64,000 nucleotides of DNA from an uncultured cyanobacterium (GTDB lineage Bacteria > Cyanobacteriota > Cyanobacteriia > Cyanobacteriales > CAWCAG01). The stretch covers positions 160,001 to 224,000 of the forward strand of contig CAWDOD010000006.1 in assembly GCA_963803805.1 (NCBI GenBank), given 5' to 3'. Shown in pieces: positions 49,441 to 58,650 of this stretch (positions are counted from its first letter, which is position 1; every line of letters begins with the position of its first letter). The notes below the pieces were generated by a model that made no database searches, was not told the DNA's origin, and saw only the letters and a program-made list of their open reading frames with translations. Made by a program: the position numbers and the translations under genes.

Positions 49441-49665
49441 GAGGAAATAACTCGACGTTTCAAGAAAAAAGCTTGACTTTTCGAGAAAATAACTCGGTGT
49501 TTTGAGAAAGAATGCTCGAAGTTTCAAGAAAATTGCTCGGCATTCCCAGAAAAAAGCTTGACTTTTCGAGGAAATAACTCGGCGTTTTGAGAAAGAATGC
49601 TCGAAGTTTCAAGAAAATTGCTCGGCATTCCCAGAAAAAAGCTTGACTTTTCGAGAAAATAACTC
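49441..49665. repeat. 21-22 bp tandem repeat with an 85-bp higher-order period
   Basis: About 10.5 units such as GAGAAAATAACTCGGTGTTTT and CAGAAAAAAGCTTGACTTTTC; a block of four units recurs. Confidence 0.9.
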
Positions 49666-49689
49666 TGAGTGGGATCGCCCCTCTCGTAG

Positions 49690-50135
49690 TGGCGTGACAC
49701 CGCTAAAATGTTGCTTTAGAAAAGTTGCATAACTCTTTTTATTCACGTTTCTAATCTGAAATACTATTATGTTTGCTACAGATGAATTGAATCAAGCAAT
49801 TGGCTCTGTGCCACTGGCAAGTAACTTTTTAAACAACGATCCCAAATATAAATACACCCTACCACGAGGTCTATTTCCGACGATAGCCCAACCCGGAATT
49901 AGCCAGCCAAATATAACCAACGAAAGAGCGAAGCGGTTAGGAAGGGTTGTAGGGAAACACTTGTTTCCCTGCTGGGGGGTTTGGGGGGTTAATCCCCCAA
50001 TAAAACTAATTCTACCTAACAGATTAACTATAAAGTTGGATTCACTCTTATTGAGGAATAGGAAAGTAACTTATATGTAGCATTATTTTTCATATAAGCA
50101 ATAATCTATAGCACTATTTTAACTGGGTCACGCCA
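49690..50135. mobile_element. Non-autonomous 446-bp MITE-like element inserted into REPIN copy 3
   Basis: Imperfect ~30-bp TIRs (TGGCGTGACACCGCTAAAATGTTGCTTTAG vs rc TGGCGTGACCCAGTTAAAATAGTGCTATAG); GTAG on both flanks. Confidence 0.75.
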
Positions 50136-50299
50136 GTAGGGTGCGTTAGGCTGCTATGGTTATCGGGGCAAATAAACAAAATTAAACTTTGCCGTAACGC
50201 ACCAAAACCTGAAGGGAGTCGGTGCGTTACGCAATGAAGAAGAGTTAAAGCATTTTTGATGAGTATTATGACTTTGCTAACGCACCCTACAAAATCAAC
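50136..50299. repeat. REPIN-like element, copy 3; its HIP1-like leader is displaced to 49671-49689
   Basis: Same orientation and highly similar to copy 1, including the CTACAAAATCAAC tail. Confidence 0.85.
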
Positions 50300-51750
50300 G
50301 ACAATCCTAAACTCCCCGTCAACTTCGCACTCAATTCATGCTTAATCCGATTCAGAATAGAAGCCTCATCCAAAGACTCCAAAATCCTTGTCACCACAGC
50401 TTTGGGGCCATCAGCACCCCAAGAAGCGCCGTTAGCTAAATATTCTTTCGTCACTTGACAAATACCATAGGTAGAAACCCCCGCAACTCCTGCTTGGGTA
50501 ATCGCTACAGAAATATAGGGGGCTAAGGAAACTCCTCCTGTGGCAGGGGCAGAAAGACCTAAAATACCTTTAAGGGAACTTAAACCTAAATTAGCGAACA
50601 GTTCGCTAGCACTGATTCCTCCCATGCTGATGGCGATTTTTTGTAGTAGCCCTATAGCCCCTTGCTGGGTCATGGAGATGCCGTAAAGCTTGGAAAGGGT
50701 TAAAATTGCCGCTACATCAATTACCGCTCCGGTGAACAAATCTACAGCAGTGACGGGGTTAAAGGCGATCGCAACGGCTTTTGCCATCACTGCTTTAATA
50801 ATAATTTGATTAGCTGCTTCTTCTCGGATTTCCATTTTACGCTGTACCAATTGCTCATTAACCTCATCAGCGTAAAGCATTGTATTCAGGGCAACCAATG
50901 ATTTACCTTCCTGGTGCAAAATCTCCAATATTTTTAACTTTAATTCTCCCATTTGTGGCTGCCCCGGCACTCTTTTTGTCCCCACAGTGCCATCTTCGCG
51001 GCGTATGGCTTTAGCGGTTAAGGGAGAGGCAGCCACCATAACAATCTCATCCGGAGAAAGCAATTCTCGCACTCTTTGGTCACGAATGGTACGATAAATT
51101 AATTCTCTGTCTGCATCAGGATATTGATCAATTTTGTTAAATACCAAAATCATGGGTTTGCCAACTTCCCTTAATTGGGAAAGGGCGCTATATTCTACCT
51201 TGGTAATATCCCCAGCAATAACAAATAAAATCAAGTCTGCTTGTTTAGCAATTTGACGGGCTAGAGCTTCGCGGGTTTCCCCATCAACCTCATCAATTCC
51301 TGGGGTATCAATAAGTTGAATTTGTGAGTCCCCCACCCCCGGTAAAGCGACACGCAAGACATTCTTGTCGCTATCACCAATACTTTCTGTATCAACCTGC
51401 CAATTAGCACTGGTGATAGTTTGGGTTACGCCGTGTAAAGGCCCAGTTTCAAAAATGTTTTCCCCTAAAAGAGCATTAAGTACAGAAGATTTTCCCCTCC
51501 CCACCATACCAAAAGCAGCAAGCTGCACTACTGCTTGATCAAGCTTATCAAGCATAGCCCTTAAATGGTCAATTTCTGTTTCTAAGCCTACTTGTTCAGT
51601 GGAGGTTAAATCAAGTTTGTTAACTAAGTTATGGAGAGATTTTTGAGCCTGTTTGTAGTTTAATTCTTCTTGAATTTCTGTGAAACTAAGAATTGTACTA
51701 TCTAATTCTTCTGGTTTCCAGTTAAAGAGGTCAGGGATTTGTTCAGACAT
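50287..51750 (-). CDS. Era-like GTP-binding protein with DUF697-type C-terminus
   Basis: GMVGRGKSS, DTPG, NKID. Confidence 0.88.
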   Translation of the reverse strand: MSEQIPDLFNWKPEELDSTILSFTEIQEELNYKQAQKSLHNLVNKLDLTSTEQVGLETEIDHLRAMLDKLDQAVVQLAAFGMVGRGKSSVLNALLGENIFETGPLHGVTQTITSANWQVDTESIGDSDKNVLRVALPGVGDSQIQLIDTPGIDEVDGETREALARQIAKQADLILFVIAGDITKVEYSALSQLREVGKPMILVFNKIDQYPDADRELIYRTIRDQRVRELLSPDEIVMVAASPLTAKAIRREDGTVGTKRVPGQPQMGELKLKILEILHQEGKSLVALNTMLYADEVNEQLVQRKMEIREEAANQIIIKAVMAKAVAIAFNPVTAVDLFTGAVIDVAAILTLSKLYGISMTQQGAIGLLQKIAISMGGISASELFANLGLSSLKGILGLSAPATGGVSLAPYISVAITQAGVAGVSTYGICQVTKEYLANGASWGADGPKAVVTRILESLDEASILNRIKHELSAKLTGSLGLSLIL

Positions 51751-51847
51751 TGGTTATCAATGATCAATTATCAATGATGCCTAACGGCAACGGCAAGCCG
51801 AACAATGATCAGTTTGTTTTTCTAATTACCTTAATTATCCCCTATTT

Positions 51848-53098
51848 TTAAAAACTTGATCTAAGTCGGGAGTTAGCTACTGCTTCTACTAAGCCGAGGG
51901 AGAGAAGATTGGTTAACAAAGCTGAACGTCCATAGCTTAAAAATGGTAGAGGAATTCCTGTAATTGGAGCCAAACCAATGGTCATGCTAATGTTGAGGAT
52001 GGTTTGGAAAGCAATCATAGAAAGTACCCCAATTGCTAGTAAAGAACCAAAGTCTTCTTGGGCATTAACAGCAATAATCACTAAACGCAGACAAATTAGA
52101 GAAAAGACCACTAAAAGAACAATACAACCAACGAAACCCCATTCTTCCCCTACAGCAGAAAAGATAAAGTCTGTATGTTGTTCTGGGATAAAGTCTAGTT
52201 GAGTTTGGGTTCCACCGTTAAGTCCTCTTCCCCATAATTCCCCAGAACCAATGGCAATGCGAGATTGTATTAAATGGTAGCCTGTACCTAAAGCGTCTTT
52301 GGAAGGGTCTAGAAAGGAGGTGATACGGGCTTTTTGATAATCTTGCAGGACTTCCTGCCAAAGATAAAAACTGAATCCTCCCACAGCACCGTTAATTCCT
52401 AAAGCGATCGCGCTACTTAACCATCTCCAAGGCATGGTTAGCCAAGCTGTTAATGCCATTAAAGCTAACCAAGCACACCAAGCGGGAAAATAGACGTTGA
52501 AGAGAATAGCAGAAGCAATGGGAGAAATCATCAAAACTAGCCAACCGGGGTTTGCACCACCCCAAAACAGCATACCTAAAGTGATGGCTCCAAATACTAA
52601 AGAGGTTCCTAAATCAGGTTGGATGAAAATTAAAATCCAAGGTACACCAGTGATAGCTAGAGTTCGGAAAACAGCCCCTAATGTAGAAGCTGGGCGCTGA
52701 TGAAGTAAGGCGGCTAAGGTGATTATTACCCCTAGTTTGGCAAATTCTGAAGGTTGTACTTCAATACCCCCTAAGTTAAGCCAACTTTGCGCCCCATTGG
52801 TTCTTGTACCAAAGAATTTTACCGCTAAGAGTAGAACGTTGGTTGCACCATAGATAAACCAGTGCCAATGAATTAAGACTTCATAACGCAAACGAGCTAT
52901 AATCGCCCCACAGCAAATGCCAACTGCACCAGCGCTTAAGTGTTTCAAATAGTAATCTGCTCCATCGTTGGTGCTGTAAATTACTAGTCCGCCAAAGGCA
53001 GTTACCCCAACGACTAAACCGAATAGCATCCAGTCTATGTTTTGCCAGGGACTGAGGAAGGACTTCCATTTAAAACTAGTTAGGGTTCTCTGTATCAT
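51848..53098 (-). CDS. rodA: Rod shape-determining protein RodA
   Basis: SEDS motifs QPSEFAK, QPDLGT, PEQHTDFIF, TGIPLPFLSYG. Confidence 0.93.
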   Translation of the reverse strand: MIQRTLTSFKWKSFLSPWQNIDWMLFGLVVGVTAFGGLVIYSTNDGADYYLKHLSAGAVGICCGAIIARLRYEVLIHWHWFIYGATNVLLLAVKFFGTRTNGAQSWLNLGGIEVQPSEFAKLGVIITLAALLHQRPASTLGAVFRTLAITGVPWILIFIQPDLGTSLVFGAITLGMLFWGGANPGWLVLMISPIASAILFNVYFPAWCAWLALMALTAWLTMPWRWLSSAIALGINGAVGGFSFYLWQEVLQDYQKARITSFLDPSKDALGTGYHLIQSRIAIGSGELWGRGLNGGTQTQLDFIPEQHTDFIFSAVGEEWGFVGCIVLLVVFSLICLRLVIIAVNAQEDFGSLLAIGVLSMIAFQTILNISMTIGLAPITGIPLPFLSYGRSALLTNLLSLGLVEAVANSRLRSSF

Positions 53099-53185
53099 CT
53101 AACAATTGGTGGTAGGTAAATGGTCAAGGTAAGGGATATTTTATTTATTTTGCCAGAAAGGTTTTGTTCTTAGTTTGTTCCTTAT

Positions 53186-54247
53186 TTAAGCAAAAGCTGC
53201 TAGGGAAACTTTTCCGGCAATAACCTTCGCAATTTCAACTAACGCCTTAGCTGAGGGAGAATCAGGATTTTCTACGACAATTGGTATGCCGCGATCGCCT
53301 CCTTCCCGTAAAGAGATTTCTAGGGGGATGCAACCTAGTAAGGGAACTTCTAATTCTTGGGAGGTTTTTTCCCCTCCTCCAGAACCAAAAAGATCATAGC
53401 TGCAATCAGGTCGATCTGGGGGTATAAAATAACTCATGTTTTCCACAATGCCTAGCACGTTTACCCCCAATTGCTGGAACATTTTTAAGCCACGACGGGC
53501 ATCGATTAAGGAGACGTTTTGGGGTGTGGTAACGATGACGGCCCCTGCCATTGGTACAGCTTGGGCTAAGGTTAACTGGGCATCTCCTGTACCAGGGGGC
53601 ATATCAACGATGAGATAATCTAATTCTTCCCACTCTACTTGATAAAGAAATTGGCGAATAATACCATTAAGCATGGGGCCACGCCAAATTACTGGTTGAT
53701 CTGGATCGATGAGAAAGCCCATGGAAACTAGTTTGACACCATAGTTAAAGGCCGGCTCTAAAATATCTCCTTGTTCCCCCTTTTGTACTTTGATTTTAGC
53801 ATCTGCTAGTCCTAACATGGTGGGGGCATTAGGACCATAGATATCGGCATCTAATAAGCCAACTTTTGCTCCGGTTTGTGCTAAAGCTACGGCTACATTT
53901 ACCGCAACACTACTTTTACCAACTCCCCCTTTACCACTAGAAATAGCCACGATATTTTTAATGCCAGAAATGGATTGGCGATCCGGTAGAGATTTTTGTT
54001 GAGGGGTTTCTGCTGTGACTTCTACTTCTACTTCTGCAACACCCGATAATTTTTTAACTGCTTTTTGACAATCTTCAACAATAAATTCCCGTAAAGGGCA
54101 AGCAGGAGTGGTTAATACTAAGGTAAAACTAACTTTATTACCTTCAATATTAACGTTACGAATCATATTCAATTCCACCAAACTTTTCTGTAGTTCAGGA
54201 TCTTGTACTGGTCGCAATATTTCTAAAACTGATTCTTTATTGAGCAT
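53186..54247 (-). CDS. mrp: Mrp/NBP35 (ApbC) Fe-S carrier ATPase
   Basis: DUF59 N-domain (TTPACP), SGKGGVGKS, DADIYGP, DMPPGTGD. Confidence 0.93.
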   Translation of the reverse strand: MLNKESVLEILRPVQDPELQKSLVELNMIRNVNIEGNKVSFTLVLTTPACPLREFIVEDCQKAVKKLSGVAEVEVEVTAETPQQKSLPDRQSISGIKNIVAISSGKGGVGKSSVAVNVAVALAQTGAKVGLLDADIYGPNAPTMLGLADAKIKVQKGEQGDILEPAFNYGVKLVSMGFLIDPDQPVIWRGPMLNGIIRQFLYQVEWEELDYLIVDMPPGTGDAQLTLAQAVPMAGAVIVTTPQNVSLIDARRGLKMFQQLGVNVLGIVENMSYFIPPDRPDCSYDLFGSGGGEKTSQELEVPLLGCIPLEISLREGGDRGIPIVVENPDSPSAKALVEIAKVIAGKVSLAAFA

Positions 54248-54462
54248 GGGGAATAGAATATTTATATAAAGTTAAGTAATTAAGTTGTTTAAATAAGCCA
54301 GAGTTTAACAAACTTACATTAGAGTGTAGCAAATGCTGTGAGACTATCTCATTACCTTACCCTTCATAGCAAGGTACACTAGAGTTTAGGTCATGCTGTG
54401 GCAGATATTCTGCGGACAGCAATAACAGCCCAAGGAGCGAAGCTTTTTTATGGGGAGGTTTG

Positions 54463-54744
54463 TTAATCTGATTTAGCATCAGGCATCAAAGTTGCGATCG
54501 CCAACAAAGCAAAACCGATAGCAGCCAAAGACTTTAATAGTCGCGTCGGCAAAACTTGAGCCACTCCTTCCCCAGCAATAACTCCTAAGAAGCTAGCTAA
54601 TAAAAGAGCCGCGACAGAACCTAAAAATACAGCACGGGGAGACTTGCTACTGCCCCCAAGGGCGATCGCCGCTAACTGACTTTTATCACCAATTTCTGCT
54701 AAAAAAACTGTGATGAAACTCAGTCCTAGAAGTTGCCAGTCCAT
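54463..54744 (-). CDS. UPF0016/GDT1 (TMEM165) half-transporter
   Basis: EIGDKSQL motif; three TM helices. Confidence 0.88.
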   Translation of the reverse strand: MDWQLLGLSFITVFLAEIGDKSQLAAIALGGSSKSPRAVFLGSVAALLLASFLGVIAGEGVAQVLPTRLLKSLAAIGFALLAIATLMPDAKSD

Positions 54745-54764
54745 TTAATTTACCCTCCTCTTTC

Positions 54765-55118
54765 TTAAGACTTTATAGCATCCCAGAGCAACGCCACAGA
54801 AACAATTATTAGTAAAGTACCCACAGCAATTTCTTGAATTTTCACAGCTAAGCGCTTAGCCAACCACATACCAACCAAAACCCCTAGTAAACTAGTAGCT
54901 ATTAAAGCTAAAGCTGCCCCGGCAAAAACAAGCCAAGGGGAAGCAGACTCAGCAGTAATTAACAAAGTAGCTAATTGAGTCTTATCTCCCATCTCAGCCA
55001 GAAAGATGGTGATAAAGGTGGAAAGGAAAACATTCCAGAAAAGAGATTTTTCTGGTTTAAGAGTAGGTGATTTTTGAGAATGAGGTGTTGAGGGTGTTTC
55101 AGGGGCTAATTTGGTCAA
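54765..55118 (-). CDS. UPF0016/GDT1 (TMEM165) half-transporter
   Basis: EMGDKTQL motif; tandem with its partner half. Confidence 0.88.
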   Translation of the reverse strand: MTKLAPETPSTPHSQKSPTLKPEKSLFWNVFLSTFITIFLAEMGDKTQLATLLITAESASPWLVFAGAALALIATSLLGVLVGMWLAKRLAVKIQEIAVGTLLIIVSVALLWDAIKS

Positions 55119-55252
55119 GGCGACACCACATTGAATAATTGTACGGCTTTGCCGTTGTTGTAGACTAAATTGATAATGACCTACTGGTAAGTGATTATAC
55201 AGTTTAATTATTAGATAAGGGATGCTCCCAAATCAACTTCTATTATAGATTC

Positions 55253-55609
55253 TCAAAGATGGCTAACATTAGTATCAAAGCGGAGCATTTCTTGACTATC
55301 CTTGCCATAAATATCTTCTATATGCTCATGACAGCAGTGGATAGCGAATTCTGTAAATTCTTCTAACTCAATGCCAAACATTTGCTGGAAATTCTCTGGA
55401 TGAACACGACAGAAACGAGGGCGTTGCTCATAAATCTGGCACTTCTTGGTGGTTTGGTCAAAGTTAATGCACCACCCTTTTTCTCCCACCATGCTTAAGT
55501 AGAGTTGTAATTCTTCCGGAGATAAATAGTCTTCTAAATCAGGTCTTTCTTGAGGGTTGAGATAACAGCAAGCCCCACAATTTTCTACGCAACGCCAAGT
55601 TTTTGTCAT
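55253..55609 (-). CDS. YkgJ-family cysteine cluster protein
   Basis: CVENCGACC, WCINFD, CQIYEQRPRFCR. Confidence 0.85.
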   Translation of the reverse strand: MTKTWRCVENCGACCYLNPQERPDLEDYLSPEELQLYLSMVGEKGWCINFDQTTKKCQIYEQRPRFCRVHPENFQQMFGIELEEFTEFAIHCCHEHIEDIYGKDSQEMLRFDTNVSHL

Positions 55610-55678
55610 TGATCATTTTTTCAAAGAGAACAATTCAAATATTTTTCAAAGGCATTTTTGCCTTTTTATTTGGAGCAA

Positions 55679-56590
55679 CTACACAGATTCATAATCTGCC
55701 AAAGGTGTAGTGTAACTTGTTGATACTTTTTCCTGTTCTACAATAACTTCTTGGTTAAAAAGATGAGTTTGGTTGACTTCTTGCCTTTGTAGCTCCCAAA
55801 CTTTGAGCAAGATTAAACATTCATAAAAGGTTTGCAAAATACACCAAGTAAAACCTGCCTTACCATCCCAGCAACCCCCCAAAATGAAGTACATATAAAA
55901 GAAACGAATCACAGGGCGAAAGGGTAAGCGTAAAGAAAGATTTTTTAAGGCCCGTCTTCTTTTAACTTCCGTATCACCAAAGAATAATTCTTGCCAATTA
56001 ACTTCACCATAGTTGAGTTGATGAAGGGTTTCTTTTGCTTCATCAGTAGAATAACGATTGTGCTTGTCTAACCAACGGCTAAAACCTTTACTACAGGTAT
56101 AGTGAGGATAGTTAGCTTCAAGGAAACCTGTCATGCCTTGACAAACTTCCCTTTCTGCATGACCATAATCTTCAAACCAAACTTTCCCTTGTTGCAACAA
56201 ACGTAGTTGGTAGCGAGGATACTGGGTGCTGTTGCGTATCCAATGGTTCATGAAGATGACTCGTTCTGCAACATAATAACCTACGCAGTCAGGATTTTGA
56301 ATGGCACTCAAGCACTCTTGAAATAACTCTGGGGTCATACGTTCGTCAGCTTCTAAAATGTAAGCCCATTCGTACTTGGTGGGAATATGCTTTAACATCC
56401 AACTACGCTGTTTGCCGTGGGAGTCGAAGAAACGTTGAAATACTCGCACCGGATAACTACTAGCAATTTCTAAGGTGCGATCGCTGCTATAGGAATCTAC
56501 GACAATTACATCATCTGATAAGAGGGCTGATTCAATGCAAGCAGCAATATCTAGCTCTTCATTGTGAGTCAAAATGTAGATAGAAAACAT
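55679..56590 (-). CDS. Family 2 glycosyltransferase
   Basis: ILTHNEE, VVDSYSSDRT, LEADE. Confidence 0.88.
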   Translation of the reverse strand: MFSIYILTHNEELDIAACIESALLSDDVIVVDSYSSDRTLEIASSYPVRVFQRFFDSHGKQRSWMLKHIPTKYEWAYILEADERMTPELFQECLSAIQNPDCVGYYVAERVIFMNHWIRNSTQYPRYQLRLLQQGKVWFEDYGHAEREVCQGMTGFLEANYPHYTCSKGFSRWLDKHNRYSTDEAKETLHQLNYGEVNWQELFFGDTEVKRRRALKNLSLRLPFRPVIRFFYMYFILGGCWDGKAGFTWCILQTFYECLILLKVWELQRQEVNQTHLFNQEVIVEQEKVSTSYTTPLADYESV

Positions 56591-56802
56591 AAAATTATTA
56601 AACTCTTAGAAGCAAATGTTTTGTTTTAGGGAAAAGAAAATCAGGTATCTTTCTGATTAGAGTTTTCTTCTCTAATCGGGAATTTACAGGGAGAAACAGA
56701 ACTATCTTAATAAAGTTTTATTAAAGATAGCAGAGAAATTACCAATAGCTATCATTCAAATTTCTGAATCAAGCAGCTAATCATCTCAGTAATTCTTTTT
56801 AA

Positions 56803-57456
56803 TCAAGGCAAACGCCCTAAAGCTTTTAAGGCTTTTCTTTGATTAGTGCTATCTCCTATATCCCCAAAAATATAAGCTGCTTGATTGAGATCCTGCCTTG
56901 CCCTAGAAATATCTCCCCTTCCTGAGTGAGCTAAACCCCGGTAGTAATAGATTTGTGGCGACTTTGGTTGGATGCGTAAGGCCTGAGTGTAGTCAGCAAC
57001 GGCATCTTGATAATTTCTTAGTTGCTGTTGCAAAGTTCCTCTAGCACTATAAGCCGATAAATAATTGGGATCGTAGTGCAAAGCATAGTTGAAATCAGCT
57101 AATGCCCCTTGCTTATCCCCCATTTGCCAACGAGCATAACCTCGATTGTAGTAAGCTTCAGGAAAACCAGGATTGATTGCTAAAGCTTGATTATAATCGG
57201 CGATCGCTTCGGCATATTTTCCTGATTTAGCATAAACATAGCCTCGATTGTTGTATATTTCTGATTGATTAGGTTGCTCTCCTAAAGATTCCGTATAGTT
57301 AGCGATCGCCTCACGGTAGTTCCCGGCTACAGATTCTTCCATGGCAATATCATAGAAACTATCTGCTCTTTGTTGTTGTAAGCTAGGGGCAATATTCCCA
57401 TAACTTAGGATGGTAGTGATACCAAAAATTGCTAGGGTCTTGTCAAGAAAAGTCAT
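56803..57456 (-). CDS. Secreted TPR protein
   Basis: Signal-like N-terminus; YNNRG/YYNRG TPRs. Confidence 0.85.
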   Translation of the reverse strand: MTFLDKTLAIFGITTILSYGNIAPSLQQQRADSFYDIAMEESVAGNYREAIANYTESLGEQPNQSEIYNNRGYVYAKSGKYAEAIADYNQALAINPGFPEAYYNRGYARWQMGDKQGALADFNYALHYDPNYLSAYSARGTLQQQLRNYQDAVADYTQALRIQPKSPQIYYYRGLAHSGRGDISRARQDLNQAAYIFGDIGDSTNQRKALKALGRLP

Positions 57457-57488
57457 TTTCTAGTTATTACTTATTACTTATTGATTAC

Positions 57489-57674
57489 TTACCCACATCG
57501 GGATTCTTGCTTTACTAAGCCTGTCATGGCAGCTTGTTGCAGCTTCATAAAAGCATTGATATCCTCAACACCGTACTTTGTTCTTTGGAGAAGTTGGCGC
57601 AACTTTTCTTCTGCTTCTATGGTTAAGTAACCGCTAGAAAGAGCTATTGTAACTACCTCACGAATCATCATCAT
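57489..57674 (-). CDS. Small hypothetical protein of a cyanobacterial type
   Basis: IREVV..AL..GYLT.EAE..LRQLL...LQ.A...G.VKQESR pattern; divergent from the sigma gene. Confidence 0.7.
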   Translation of the reverse strand: MMMIREVVTIALSSGYLTIEAEEKLRQLLQRTKYGVEDINAFMKLQQAAMTGLVKQESRCG

Positions 57675-57986
57675 TACTTTTCACCCATGTCTTTTGCCAA
57701 AGAAAGCAAAAGAAAAATTCCTCTTGCTCCTATTTAACTTTTCAGGAAGAGAAGAGGAATTTTATGCAATACAACCACAATCTTTTACAAAACTTTTCAC
57801 AACCTAATGGCTAATTGGAGAAAGCAAAAGTTTTATCTTCATCATTCCCTCACATCCTAATTGTAAAGTTTTGTAACTAAAACATCTCTCTTGCATAAAA
57901 TCCTCATTTTTAAGCAGAGAAGTAGATAGAGGCGAGGCAAACAGCCCTATCTCAAAGAGAATAAAAGTTCTCGGTGTATTGTCAGG

Positions 57987-58622
57987 ATGATGAATGAACT
58001 AGAAGATCCCTTAAATCATTTAGCTCTAACAGCTCAAAAATATCCTCCAGGAACTGTAGAGCGACGCAAGGTTGTATCTCAACTACTAATGCAGCTACAA
58101 AAATCAGGTCAACTTACTCGTCTTTGTCCCCCCTACCATCATCTTTCTCAAGATTTACGTGAAGAAGTAAAGGCGATCGCTATGCAAAAATTGTTCACTT
58201 ATATTTATGAACATATTGAAAAGTATGATCCTCAATATACAGTTGGGCAATGGATTATTTTTTTACTAAAAAAGAGGTTTTTTGTGCAAGCATTTCGCGA
58301 AGTGACCGGATTTCGCAACGGTGTAAAAAGGTTAACTATAGAGGAAATCCCTACCAACTATCTTCCCGATGAAACTAATCCTTTAACTTCCGAGGAAGTT
58401 ATTCAGTATATCGAAGAAGATCCTGAAGGTATCTTTCAATTAGCTTGTATTGAAAAACAAGCTAATGCCAACTTTCGTCATATAGCTATACAAAGATTTC
58501 ACGGTTATTCTTGGTTAGAAATAGAAAGTGATTTAGGGTTTTCTATTTCTACTTTAAGTAGTTTCTATCAGCGACATTTGCAGAGATTTGCTCCTAAATT
58601 TAGAGAATACTTAGCTTGGTAA
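57987..58622 (+). CDS. Divergent ECF-like sigma-70 factor
   Basis: Region-2-like YI..IEKYDP...W..F.LK.RF and region-4 HTH (SW.EI...LG..ISTLSSFYQR); followed by DUF1822. Confidence 0.7.
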   Translation: MMNELEDPLNHLALTAQKYPPGTVERRKVVSQLLMQLQKSGQLTRLCPPYHHLSQDLREEVKAIAMQKLFTYIYEHIEKYDPQYTVGQWIIFLLKKRFFVQAFREVTGFRNGVKRLTIEEIPTNYLPDETNPLTSEEVIQYIEEDPEGIFQLACIEKQANANFRHIAIQRFHGYSWLEIESDLGFSISTLSSFYQRHLQRFAPKFREYLAW

Positions 58623-58650
58623 TTTTAGCTTGAATAAAAGATAAAAAATC

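Noticed and set aside
49441-49665. CRISPR or mini-array interpretation of the 21-bp repeats
   Set aside because: Monomers are contiguous with no spacers.
49769-50080. 103-aa ORF from the track
   Set aside because: Lies inside the MITE and crosses low-complexity G/C runs; no recognisable motif.
43822-50299. Classical integrase-driven island or prophage at tRNA-Gly; xisF-type excision element
   Set aside because: No recombinase gene and no duplicated tRNA 3' end seen in the window; xisH/xisI pairs commonly occur alone.
1608-53618. Numerous 60-140 aa antisense or overlapping ORFs in the track (e.g. 2959, 13428, 22861, 36593, 46308, 47690)
   Set aside because: Shadows of well-supported genes on the other strand or frame, with no independent motifs.
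54463-55118. Split UPF0016 gene as a broken pseudogene
   Set aside because: Each half has its own start, ExGDK motif and stop; paired half-size UPF0016 genes are a known cyanobacterial arrangement.
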